The translations under genes were made by a program, and so were the position numbers. 64,000 bases of DNA from Macrostomum hystrix (lineage: Eukaryota; Animalia; Platyhelminthes), in contig CATNEN010000038.1 of the NCBI GenBank assembly GCA_950097015.1, positions 10,416,001 through 10,480,000 of the forward strand, written 5' to 3'. The notes under the pieces are model-generated. The model did not search any database. It saw only the letters and a list, made by a program, of their open reading frames with translations, and was not told where the DNA came from. This document shows positions 14,359-25,183 of this stretch, in pieces (position 1 is the first letter of the stretch; every line of letters begins with the position of its first letter).

Positions 14359-15441
14359 ATGAACAGCACCAACGCTAGCTCATCCACAGAGCCCTGGTTC
14401 TACGACCTGGGCTGGAACTGGTTCATCTGGAACGTGTTCGTGTGGCTGTTTCCGCTCGTCTGCCTGATCGGAGCATTCGCAAACGCCGCCTGCTTTTGCG
14501 TGATCGTGTCCAACAGAAAGTCGTTTCCCTACGTCACGAGGCAGTACCTGAGCATCATCACGGCTAGCGACTTTCTCATTCTCACGTGCAAGGTGAGCAC
14601 TCATTACTTTGGCTACATGGCCTTCTACGTGAGGAACAACCAGTGGTCCTGGTTCACCATCCCGAGAGCCTGGAGTCTCGCCTGGTGCATTGTGTACGAC
14701 TTGTTCACCTACTATTCGCTGGTGGGCGCCCAGTTCTTCCAGCTGGGCCTCACTGTGGACCGTCTGATTGCGGTGGCTGCGCCAATGAAGGCCAAGGTGA
14801 TCCTGTCTCACCGGAGAAGCTGGCTGCTGCTGGGCCTCATCACGGCGATGTCGCTTCTGCTGCCAGTGATGTTCGTTTCGAACCGGATGTGGAATGACAA
14901 AAGCAACTCGTGCGGCCTACGGAGCCTCGAATTCCAGATGCAGGTGTACCAGCCGGCCGAGTTCTACTTTGGCAGGGTGTTCCTGGTCTCGGCGCTGACT
15001 GCGGGCACTCTGGCCATCTGCCTGCTGCTGGCCTGGAATAACCGGGCAGCTCAGCGGATGCACTCCGACACCGCGGGATCCGAGGCGCGCAGCAGGGACC
15101 GACAGAGGGCACTCGTGCGCATCAGCCTCATGCTGGTGCTCATCAACGTATTTTTCCTGGCCACCTCTCTGCCATGGAGCATTGGCGCTCTACTTGAAGA
15201 CATGCTGACTGAAATGATGGGATCTCGGGCCTACATCATCATGATGCGCCACTTCAACTCGTTGCTGTACGCCAACAACGCGCTCGCCTGGGTTGCCTAC
15301 TTCATGGGTCGCAACTTCCGCTTGGCGTTTTTTCATCTCTGCCTTCGCTGCTGCTGCTGCTGCTGCTGCTGCACTGCCTTCCGCAGGAGTCTGGGCGCTT
15401 CGGGTGGCAACTCCAGGGCCAGCACAATGCGTAGTCACTAA
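14359..15441 (+). CDS. Intronless class A (rhodopsin-like) GPCR, peptide-receptor-like orphan, ~360 aa
   Basis: N-terminal sequons (MNST, NAS), seven hydrophobic segments, GAFAN in TM1, ASD in TM2, LTVDRLIAV at the end of TM3, FFLATSLPW in TM6, YFMGRNFR into helix 8, and a poly-Cys tail. Confidence 0.88.
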   Translation: MNSTNASSSTEPWFYDLGWNWFIWNVFVWLFPLVCLIGAFANAACFCVIVSNRKSFPYVTRQYLSIITASDFLILTCKVSTHYFGYMAFYVRNNQWSWFTIPRAWSLAWCIVYDLFTYYSLVGAQFFQLGLTVDRLIAVAAPMKAKVILSHRRSWLLLGLITAMSLLLPVMFVSNRMWNDKSNSCGLRSLEFQMQVYQPAEFYFGRVFLVSALTAGTLAICLLLAWNNRAAQRMHSDTAGSEARSRDRQRALVRISLMLVLINVFFLATSLPWSIGALLEDMLTEMMGSRAYIIMMRHFNSLLYANNALAWVAYFMGRNFRLAFFHLCLRCCCCCCCCTAFRRSLGASGGNSRASTMRSH

Positions 15442-17411
15442 CACTGAAACATTGCTGGCTGATGGAGGACTGTACTCAGAGCTACTGCAGGATGCACCTG
15501 AACTCATATTTGGTAGAGGACATTTGACTACAGAGAGTCAGTTCTAATTTCTTACTACGAATTAATAATGTGGTCATAGTAGTGTGTGGCAGAGACATAT
15601 TCACAAAAAACTAATTACAGATAGCATTGAATATATAAAAGCTACAAATGAAAATTTTCTTCTACTATCAGGACGAATAAATATCTATTCGTATAGGACA
15701 AGAAAAACCTTTAAATACAACGGTTGACTTCTTTGGCTGGGCCAAGTGGGGATAAAGACACATGCAAAGCATTTCGCTGTTTTACCAGCATGGGGCACGA
15801 AATTATTTATTTCCCTCGTCCTTACGAAACATAGACGAATAAAAAGGGATCACTTTTGGTCTTATGCAAATGGTGGATACATGTTGACGCTTCCTTAATC
15901 ATCTAGTTGTCTAACGGCCAAAGATACCGGTCGTTTTCTCGCTGATTGACGTCGGCTTCGTCTCGGTCAATAAACGAGACACCTCAGAGCCATTGCCCGC
16001 TAGACAACAGAATAAATTGGAAATATATCCCCATTTCTTGCCAAAAGATTCAGAATTGGGATTCTTGTTGGACTTGGACGGTAAGGAACTGTTGGGAAAC
16101 AGGCTGATTGTTGAATTAAGATGCTTTTAAGGTAACAGTAAACTTCACACTGGGAGCAAGACAAACCAACTTATATTTCTCATAGTAACTTCTAGCCTGT
16201 CATTAAGTTACTAAGAAGCGGCAAATTAATTGTCAAACTTGTCAAACAAGATCGAAAAGTTATCTTGGATCTTGCTAATATTCCTGATTTTCTAGCACGC
16301 CGGTACAGTGGGTCACGTGTTTTAATTGGCATTTGATTGTGAGAAGTTTTGTTACGTTGTTGAGCTGAATATACCGTCACTTGAAAAAGTGTCATTTGTT
16401 GTCAGCTTTTACGCAGAAAATTTGAGGCAAATACTTTTCTGTCAGTTTCCAAGGCTCCGCGGTTTTTTTATGTAGAACAGAGTTTAGCAACCAACGCTTG
16501 TTAATTGAGCAATTATAATCAGGATAAAAAACTCAATCGATACTTTAAATCTGAAGTATCTACTAAAATTCCTATATTTCCCTATTGCATCGTTCCCGCT
16601 TGTGAGACAGCGCACCTGCTCATTATTGTCATGCAACACAAGACAGGTTGCAGCATTTAACAACTAATTGTCTTGTTTAGTTTATTGGTTATGTTGAATA
16701 TTGTAAGCTTTTGTAGGCTTAGAAAGCTAACGTTGTACTCTGACTAATTAACAAGACTCGCGGTTAAGATGATGCAGCTGAAAGCGGGGTAAATCCAGAA
16801 TTGATAGCATTTTTCGTTTCTAAAAACTTTTGTTTCTTTGGTCGAATCAAATATAACTCATTCGACGAGTTTCAACATGGAGCAACGACATTGCAAGCAC
16901 GAAAACGAAGTTTTCATTCGAATTTTATTAAATTTATTAATTTTTTGTTTGTTTTGTTTTAACATTGTGCTCGCCCATTTGCCCGCAAGCGTCAGTTAGG
17001 TTACATTTGTTCTATTTTCATTGTCCCTGGGATAAACACAAACGTTAAAATTTCCGTTTTTTGCCATACGATACGTGGTTGGTGTCTGCATCAAACTACT
17101 CGTATTAAAGGAAATTTCTGATTCCAGAACAAAAATTAACGGACATTGAATACTTGTTACTGAGGTGCGGATTTCTTGTTGAAATCCCTAGACGAAGCAT
17201 GATTAAAACTTTCAGATGCTTAGCTCTCAAAATTCCAAGCACAATTGTGCAAAGCTCATTGTTTTAGTATCAGAAAATTCAATTGAAAAGCCACTGCATA
17301 CGTACGGACATGTGTGATTAGCATGAATCGCTACGTAAAGGCAATTCTAAATTTTAAGCAAAAATTCTTTGAAGCTTCATTTTGTGCTAAAACGTTGTAG
17401 ACAATCATATA

Positions 17412-17732
17412 ATAATAATAATAATAATGAATTACAATTGATTACACCTGTCCGAGTCGGGCCAGATGTGCAGCCGACAGCACAGCCGCAGCTATTGCGC
17501 GGCGCATCTGAAGACTGCGTACAGCTGTTCAGTCCATGGACTGGGAGGACGCCACACCCACCTTCAATTATCCCAGCTGATGCTGGCACCCATTTAACAG
17601 CTGGGTGAACTGAAGCAATGCAGAGTTAAGTGTCTTGCTAAAGGACACAAATTGTTTCAGTGGAGTCGGGAATCGAACCCCCGATTTTTAAGTCGTGAGT
17701 CCGACGCCCTAACCACTAGGCTACAGCCTCTC
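17412..17732 (-). mobile_element. tRNA-derived SINE family A (CORE-like), full length
   Basis: Near-identical to 6506-6819; (ATT)n tail; 12-bp TSD GACAATCATATA at 17400-17411 and 17733-17744. Confidence 0.88.
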
Positions 17733-19079
17733 GACAATCATATATACAGTTTCTAATTCGATTGCTGTTTAAAGATCAACATGTTTTAGGAGAAAATTAC
17801 TATGGACATTTTGTTTTATTTTTGTGCAGATCGTTTTGAATTTACCTAGCGACAGTCTAGCAGTCCATGATAACACAGTAATTAAAAATTAGATTGACTC
17901 TAAAACTCTAACAAACTCCCACACAATACTGCATAGCTATGGGAGATCATATAGAATTTCATGAAATATAAGGGCGGTGGTATTGAGCAAACCAAGCTTC
18001 AAATGTCGCTGAGATCTACCGCACGACAAAACCTCTAACTGGTGATCTTATTAACGCAAAGTACAATCGTAACTTGAAGAAGCAAATCGAGTAAATAAAC
18101 TTTTTTGGAGAGAACCTTCGAGAAACTAATTTGGTCTCTGTGAGCCGAGTCTTTGACGTGGCCTCTTATAGTCTACTCAAGATTTGCATCTCAAGTGAAA
18201 CCGCTAGATGGAGCCGAGCACGAAACTAGAAAGAATTAAGAATTCTGCTGACTTACCTGTTTACCCAGCGTGCATTATTTAAATGCCAATTAGTCATTTT
18301 GCGCTTGCAATCCGCCAAAATCGGATTGAATCGATGCCTACTGATGGCGCTGTTTCAACAAGGTAGCGACATTTTTCTTGCTAGCCGTGAGCAAACAGGA
18401 CCTGTCGCTGCCACACGTCACGGCAGCTGATCAAAGCCGAGCTAAGCTTTCAATCAAGTCAGGAAGAGAGATGAAAAATCTCAAGAAAAAGAGACTTCAG
18501 CTGCAAAAGATCTTTGTATTGTTCCGGACACTTTGCGGCAACATGTCGAGATGTTCATGGATATTCGTTTTAGCTTTTATCACAGAAGTAAAGAAAAATA
18601 ACCAATTATTATTTAAAAGGGCCTTTTTAAAATATTTGCGTCCAAATCTGATTCTGAAGCATTTATCTACATTGAACATCGAGAGTATTCTGCTGTCTCA
18701 CAGATGACAGTCAGAAAACAATAGGAGTTATGGTATACTGCTGAACAGGCCTTGCAACCTCCGAGCTCCATCACGGACACTGCTATTAAATAGCAAACGA
18801 TTTGGCTAGAGCTACTCTACTGTAAGTAGTATTAAGGACCACCAGGACAATTTCGTCATATCTGTAGCCCTTGAGTAGTATAACAAACATATGAACAAAA
18901 AATCGAACAAAGGTATGAAAAGTTGGAAAATTAAAGACAACGTTTCAATTGCAAACGCTATGATAAACAACGTTGCCATAGACATGAAGGTATAAGTAGC
19001 AATAACTAAGTCGTTTTACAGGTAAAATATATAGTAGAGATTGCGAGTGAATGAATAAATTCTTGGAGTATAAATTTAA

Positions 19080-20915
19080 TCGTTTTTAGTAATTTTTAGT
19101 ATCTATGATCAAAGTTAATCCAGGTGTTACAGACAATGAAAGCTCTGTTGAGCAAACACCTGATCAGGTCGGATTTCGACAGTCTCGGACACAGAGCATT
19201 GGAGTTGGGGAGATTAATAAACGAGTTTTTTTCGAAAAACTTTGGTGGAGAGGGCTCCGCAATTGAATTCAATGTCAAGGTCATTTGAACTTGATGTTAG
19301 TGTGAGTGGAGTTAAGAGCGTTCAAAAAACGCTCAATTCTGTTCTTGTGATCTAAGATGGCAAAGGTGTCGTCAACATAGCACCTGTAGCATTTGGGGGC
19401 ACAGTCAAGGGTCATCCAGTCATTGGTTTCCCAATGGGACAGGCAAACGCCGGCGAGGGTAGGGCCTTCCCATGGCGCAACCTTCAATTCGACGGTAATA
19501 CTTATTGTCAAACAAGAAAAGGCCGGGTAGGAAGATTCCTTTTGTACTCAAGCTCAGTGGCGAGGTATCAGCCCGAGAGATATTAGTGAAGATAGAAACA
19601 ATATCGAAGCTACAAAGGGTGTCAGACCTCTTAATAACAGGGCACGGCAGTTGAAGGTCATTAAGGAAATCAGATTTGGACTTCGAAGTGAACTCAGTCG
19701 GGATGCAAGGCTTGATGAGTGAGTCCAGATACTTGGCCAGCTCATATTACGCGGTGTTGATCATAGAGACGATTGGTCTGAGTAGTTTTTCAGGTTTGTG
19801 GACCTTGCAAACCCCGTAGAGTTGCCCTGGTTGGCTGCCACTGGACAAAATGCGTTAATAAGTGCTTTTGTTGACGTGCTGTTTGATATGAGTGCGTAAA
19901 AAGTTTTGAAGAGAACGCTCGGCTTTAAGGATGGGGTGAAACATGGTGACAGTGTCATGGGCTCCGAGACATTGTAATCTGGTCTGGTCCTGAATGATGT
20001 TGAGAAGTTTGTTATTGTAGTCTTCAGTGTTGACGATGGCGACTCCAAAACCTTTGTCGTAATTGACAATTTTGATGTTTTCAGATTTGCTTATGTTAGT
20101 GAGGGTTAGGTGTTTCTTTTTAGACAGGTCATTGCTAGTCTTAAAGGTAAGTTTTTAAAGCTCAGCAACTTTTTTCTTCTGAGATCTTCCGGAAATTGGC
20201 GCAGCTCGTGATTCTCCGTGTCCCTGTTGGCGGGGGTAGTTTAAAGTTTCCGTTTTCAGTTTTTATGTTTTCGTCAAAACATTCAGTTGCACGCTTACCA
20301 TGTCCCGGGGTCCGTTTCGAATTTTCGCCGACGCTGCGTCTCGGCTGCATGAACCCAATCAGCTGTTGAATTTTTTTGGTGCTGGGTCTCACCACATGTA
20401 TGTTTGCCTCGAACGCGCTTTCTGCTGGCACTTTCGCCTTTCCCTGTTTTCAGGTCGCCAGACGGAACTTTCCTGCTGCCGAAGTTACCGCGGCCTTCAG
20501 GCCAGATTGAAGATTGTTGGTGATAGCCTGTTGGTGCGCTGCTTTTCTAACAATAAGTTCCTTTCCGCGGTGATGCTTTGGCTTGTCCTCTTGTTGATAA
20601 GGTGGCTAAGGTGGATGTTTGCGACGATGGAGTCTTAGATCTAGTGAAGCGCGGTAAAAGCTGCAGTTCATGGCATATCTCGAGGATCCAGTTGTCAATT
20701 GAAAATTTCTTGAGTGCTTGTGTCATACGCTCGAGCTTGCGGAGAGTCACATCCTGACTGTCACATCCTTGTAGCGATTGTTGATGTCAAATTAGAATTC
20801 AGGTAAAGTTGCTTGCTTTGCAAGTAGGATGAAAAGAAAGCGAAAATTAACAGGCTGTATTGGATTTAATTAGATTAACGACGTGTTTCGCACAACAGTG
20901 TGCAGCTTTAGGTTT
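19080..20915 (-). mobile_element. Decayed Penelope-like retroelement (RT remnants plus pLTR-like 5' region)
   Basis: Broken minus-strand frames give DKGV, PGQLYGVCKVHKPEKLLRPIISMIN, CYVDDTFAI...FLNALNSTHTNIKF and LIRCLLNRAFIVC, all typical of PLE reverse transcriptases. A degenerate hammerhead motif lies at 20878-20912. Confidence 0.8.
20878..20912 (-). ncRNA. Degenerate minimal type I hammerhead ribozyme motif of the Penelope pLTR
   Basis: Minus strand reads CCTAAAGC-TGCACA-CTGT-TGTGC-GAAAC-AC-GTC-G. Stem II, GAAAC and the GUC site are present; the CUGANGA box is mutated. Confidence 0.5.
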
Positions 20916-21370
20916 ATTTAAAACGAAAGTGAACGAGCAATAAGTTTGAATTTCTGCATCCGGACAAATTGACAGAAATGTAAATTTTGGCGTTTTAAGA
21001 CCGTTTCAAGACTAATCTGACAAGGCGTGACTTCCTGCAATGTGAATAGAATATTGCTGTAGTTAGAGTTAGTGCAGGCCGCATTCGTACTTTTGGAAAA
21101 GTGCATCTCAGCTCGAAGCTTCCCTCCACAGAAGGGAGGAAGGACAGATTGGAGTGGCTAAGGATTCCAGGGAGCGAATGGCTGCACAGGACTGGCTGTC
21201 AGACTGGCGAATCTCAGGACAGATTTGATAAAAATGAACTGCGACTGAGACGTCTACAGGCTGTCTTCAAACTGTAATCTCAGAGATAGAGAGCGTATCT
21301 ACAATTTCGGTCTTTTTGTCTGTTCCGCATTTCAGAACTGGATCGAAATTCACCAGAACAAACTGACTGA

Positions 21371-22159
21371 CTCAGCACTGATAACACAACCAATGAGTTT
21401 GCAAGCGAAAGTAGCACATCTGGCGGAGCGGAAAATCCCGAAATCCCGATGAAGGCCAAGGTGATCCTGTCTCACCGGAGAAGCTGGCTGCTGCTGGGCC
21501 TCATCACGGCGATGTCGCTTCTGCTGCCGGTGATGTTCGTTTCGAACCGGATTTGGCAGGACGACTTCTGCACCTTCAGCAGCAGGTACTACGTTAAATT
21601 CGTCTACCAACCCGCCGAGTTCTACTTTGGCAGGGTGTTCTTGGCATCATCTCTGACTGCGGGCACTCTGGCCATCTGCCTGCTGCTGGCCTGGAACAAC
21701 CGCGCCGCACGGAGGCTACACAATGAGACTGGCGCTACCGCGGCAGTGCAGCAGCGGCGACAGAGCTCCCTGATGCGGATCAGCTTAATGCTGGTTTCAA
21801 TCAACGTTATATTTCTGGCTACCACTCTGCCATGGCATACTGCTATTCTCAACGAAGCTGCACTAACAAGCTTCATGGGAGCAGAGAATTTTAATCGAAT
21901 GCTCGACCACTTCAACTCGCTGATGTTTGTGAACAACGCCATCAGCTGGATTGCCTACTTTATGGGGCGAAACTTTCGCGAGGCATTGTGTCGCTCGCTG
22001 AATCACCTGCCCCTGTGCCGGCTTCTGGTGCGAAGATCGCTAAACGCCGCACACAGGAGCGGGCGCCAGCAGTTTAGGCTGACAAAGAAAATAAATCCCA
22101 AAACGGATGAGAATGGGGAGAATCTGTTAGAGATGGCACATTTTCTGTCATCTCTCTGA
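21371..22159 (+). pseudogene. GPCR paralog of 14359-15441 lacking TM1-TM3 (pseudogene or 4-TM variant)
   Basis: 21449-21552 is almost identical to 14785-14889 (MKAKVILSHRRSWLLL...) and TM4-TM7 are open. Upstream in frame is LSTDNTTNEFASESSTSGGAENPEIP, then a stop at 21368-21370. No DRL motif or TM1-3. Confidence 0.7.
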
Positions 22160-22224
22160 CTTTATATGGACTCATGCAGGGAACTTTTCAACATAATAGA
22201 AAGACAGACAGTAAACAGTCCATG

Positions 22225-22500
22225 TGTACTGCTGTTCAGTCCATGGACTGCATCTGGATCCCATTTAATAGCTAGATGATCTGAAGAAATGGAGAAAAAG
22301 TATCTTGCTCAAGGAAATTATTTCCGTTTTTGGGGAAAGGGAACACAACTACAAGCTAGTCGTTTAAACTTCTTATTGGATAAAAATGACGTCTCATAGA
22401 GTTTGGCCAGATGTACATTCAGTGTGACAGCCGCAGCAACTGCGCAGCGCTTCCAAGGGCTGCGTACAGTCGCTCAGTCCGTGGACTGGGAGGGGCACCA
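22225..22500 (-). mobile_element. Two degraded SINE family A fragments
   Basis: GCTGTTCAGTCCATGGACTG...CCCATTTAA...TCTTGCTCAAGG and GCCAGATGT...GCTGCGTACAG...GGACTGGGAGG. Confidence 0.6.
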
Positions 22501-22845
22501 TTAAACCTCCCTAAATTACAGTGCACAATCTATTTCGTACATTTCGTTCTGTAATTTTTTAGTCACCAAGCTGTCTATTTTTTCGTATCGAATAACGCAT
22601 ATCATAATGAGCTTGTCGGGGTCATGCGGGATCTGCTTTGGCGCGTTGTTCTGGCTTTCAGCAGTTATTTTCTCGTCATGTAATCCGTTTTGGTCCATCA
22701 AGATCACGATGCGTTTGCAGTTGTTGTAGATACATTTATATTAATAAACCTCATAAATTCATTTATCAGGAAAATTTTCCCGGGTGTGAGAATGTACAGT
22801 AAAGCACAAAAACTGTTTTTAAAGAACAAGCTTCGCCATAACTCA

Positions 22846-23218
22846 TGGGAGTCGGTGGCAGAGCGGTTATCGCGTTTGCCTCTCGCACCAGGGTCCCTAA
22901 GTTCGATTCCACGGCAAGGCCACATTCATTTGGGGCGCAGCCGCGGAGAGAAGGCTTGGGGGCTTGTCGTGCAATTTACGCCCTTGAGGGCCAACCTCCA
23001 AGGCACAGTGAAATGTACACTGCCTGACGATGAGAAAGTCAGGGCAGATGTACACACCTGTGTGAGCGTGTGCCTGCGTACAGTATCTGTGTGCGTGTGT
23101 TCTCAGGAGTCAGTGAAATGGGCAGAATTGCTTCCTCGCTGGATGCGGGTCTAGTGTCACCAAATGATGTGCCATTGCCCGCAGCCCTCCTGCTATGATT
23201 ATTATAATATTATTATTG
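22846..23218 (+). mobile_element. tRNA-derived SINE family B, full length
   Basis: A-box TGGCAGAGCGG, B-box AGTTCGATTCC, body shared with four other copies, (ATT)n tail, and 11-bp TSD GCCATAACTCA (22835-22845, 23219-23229). Confidence 0.85.
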
Positions 23219-23287
23219 GCCATAACTCAAGTCAGAAAATATTCTAGGGACAAAAAATAGCCCCGCTATCAAATACTGCTTATAACA

Positions 23288-23432
23288 AGAGGTTGTAGCC
23301 TAGTGGTTGGAGCGTCGGACTCACGACTTGAAGGTCGGGGGTTCGATTCCCGACTCCACTGGAACAATTTGTGTCCTTTAGCAAGACACTTAACTCTGCA
23401 TTGCTTCAGTTCACCCAGCTGTTAAATGGGTG
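23288..23432 (+). mobile_element. SINE family A, 3'-truncated (tRNA head plus CORE-like domain)
   Basis: Reverse complement of the head of the 17412-17732 copy. Confidence 0.82.
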
Positions 23433-23915
23433 AAGCTATACTAAAGAGACAGACACAAAAGTACAAAGCAGCGACATAACCAACAGGAGAAATTTAACAT
23501 TGTCAAAAAAGCCAATGAAAATAAACAAAAGAAGCATTGAAATTCGCGCTCTTTTGTTAAATATAAAACACTCTAACATGAATCGAAGCGATATATTTTA
23601 GTTAATTTCTTTTATTTTAGACAAAACAAATACACTCAGTTGAGGATATAGAAAAGCCATCTACAATGAAGAGAATCCTTAATCCACTACAGAGCAATAT
23701 TTAAAAGCAGCATAGCATTCATATCTTAACTGTTGAATCCAGTGGAGCAGCCGCTGATCAGTCTATGGATAATTCCACATAAAAATCGAACTTCTGACCT
23801 TTCTGCGAGAAATTCTAAGAATAAGAATAAACACTCTGTGTACATTGTGCGAGCAAACAGATATTTTAATATCGGCTGGCCTCACACACGAGGGCCTCTA
23901 GATCTAGACCTAGGG

Positions 23916-24520
23916 CAGGGGTCGGCAACTCCGGCCCGTTGCCCCTTCTGACATCTACAGTGTCCTGTTTCATCTCTCTCGTGTCTAATCTCTCCCGTGT
24001 CTCATCGCATTCGTATCTAATCTCTCCCGTCCCGTGTCTCATCGCACTCGTATCTAATCTCTCCCGTGTCTCATCGCATTCGTATCTAATCTCTCCCGTG
24101 TCTCATCGCACTCGTATCTACTCTCTCCCGTGTCTCATCGCACTCGTATCTAATCTCTCCCGTGTCTCATCGCACTCGTATGTAATCTCTCCCGTGTCTA
24201 ATCTCTCCCCTGTCTTATCTCTCCCGTGTCTAATCTCTCCCGTGTCTCATCGCACTCGTATCTAATCTCTCCCGTGTCTCATCGCACTCGTATCTAATCT
24301 CTCCCGTGTCTCATCTTTCCTGTGTGTCATCTCTCCCGTGTCCCATCTTTCCTGTGTGTCATCTCTCCCGTGTCCCATCTTTCCTGTGTGTCATCTCTCC
24401 CGTGTCCCATCTTTCCTGTGTCATCTCTCCCGTGTCTCATATTTCTACAGTCAATGCGGCCCGCTGTCGTCTTGTAGGTTCTCTCTTTGGCCCGCTAGCA
24501 AATAAGTTTGCCCACCCCTG
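23916..24520. mobile_element. Non-autonomous hAT element carrying an internal minisatellite
   Basis: TIRs CAGGGGTCGGCAAC...GTTTGCCCACCCCTG, subterminal GGCCCG motifs, and a perfect 8-bp TSD ACCTAGGG (23908-23915, 24521-24528). The interior, ~23965-24445, is tandem TCTAATCTCTCCCGTGTCTCATCGCACTCGTA-type repeats. Confidence 0.9.
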
Positions 24521-24554
24521 ACCTAGGGTGTCACAAACTGTACATTGCAAATAC

Positions 24555-24764
24555 TCAATGCCTACTTCACGATAGCTCCCAAACCGAATGACAGATTTTT
24601 GTGAAAGTCCACCATAAGGATCAATTCAATGCCAACTCCACGACAGCTCCCAAACCGAATGACAGATTTTGTGAAAGTCCACCATAAGGATCAATTCAAT
24701 GCCAACTTCACGACAGCTCCCAAACCGAATGACAGATTTTGTGAAAGTCCACCATAAGGATCAA
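24555..24764. repeat. Three tandem copies of a ~70-bp unit
   Basis: GTGAAAGTCCACCATAAGGATCAA recurs at 24601, 24671 and 24741. Confidence 0.9.
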
Positions 24765-25183
24765 ACTTTTTGTTTTTTTCAAAGCCGTCTGGTGTCAGCA
24801 TCGTCGAGATATTCAGCGATTATTGTCAAAGAACCTTGCGACAATGGACAACTGATATTTCTCTGTATGAGTACAAACCTCTTTGGCGACCCATGTTGGC
24901 TCAATAACATAATAACTAACAATTTGGACACAATGTGAAATTTTGTGAACAGAAATATTCAGCCCCTATTGCACGCGGTTTTCGCCACCAGACACCCCGA
25001 TGAGAATCGTTGAATATCTCGACGATGTCGATGTTTAGTGATTCTGCAAGTTGTTTCATCGGATGGAGCGGAAAAATTTAGCCCGTGTTCTGAATTTTCA
25101 TGGCGATACTTTGGGAGATACAGAAAATGAGAAAAATATGGTCTGTTTACTGCGAATAATTTTTAGCACCAATTCAAACCAAA

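Noticed and set aside
15600-17400. Possible transposase remnant in AT-rich sequence
   Set aside because: I could not recognise any motif, terminal repeat or coherent frame.
23022-23045. CTGACGA-TGA-GAAA-GTC in SINE family B resembling a hammerhead core
   Set aside because: Stems II and III are absent, and the segment folds better as a simple hairpin (CCTGAC/GTCAGG).
23288-23360. tRNA-like sequences here and at 22846, 6730-6806 and 17655-17732
   Set aside because: They are SINE heads: no proper acceptor stem, and they continue into repeat bodies with tails and TSDs.
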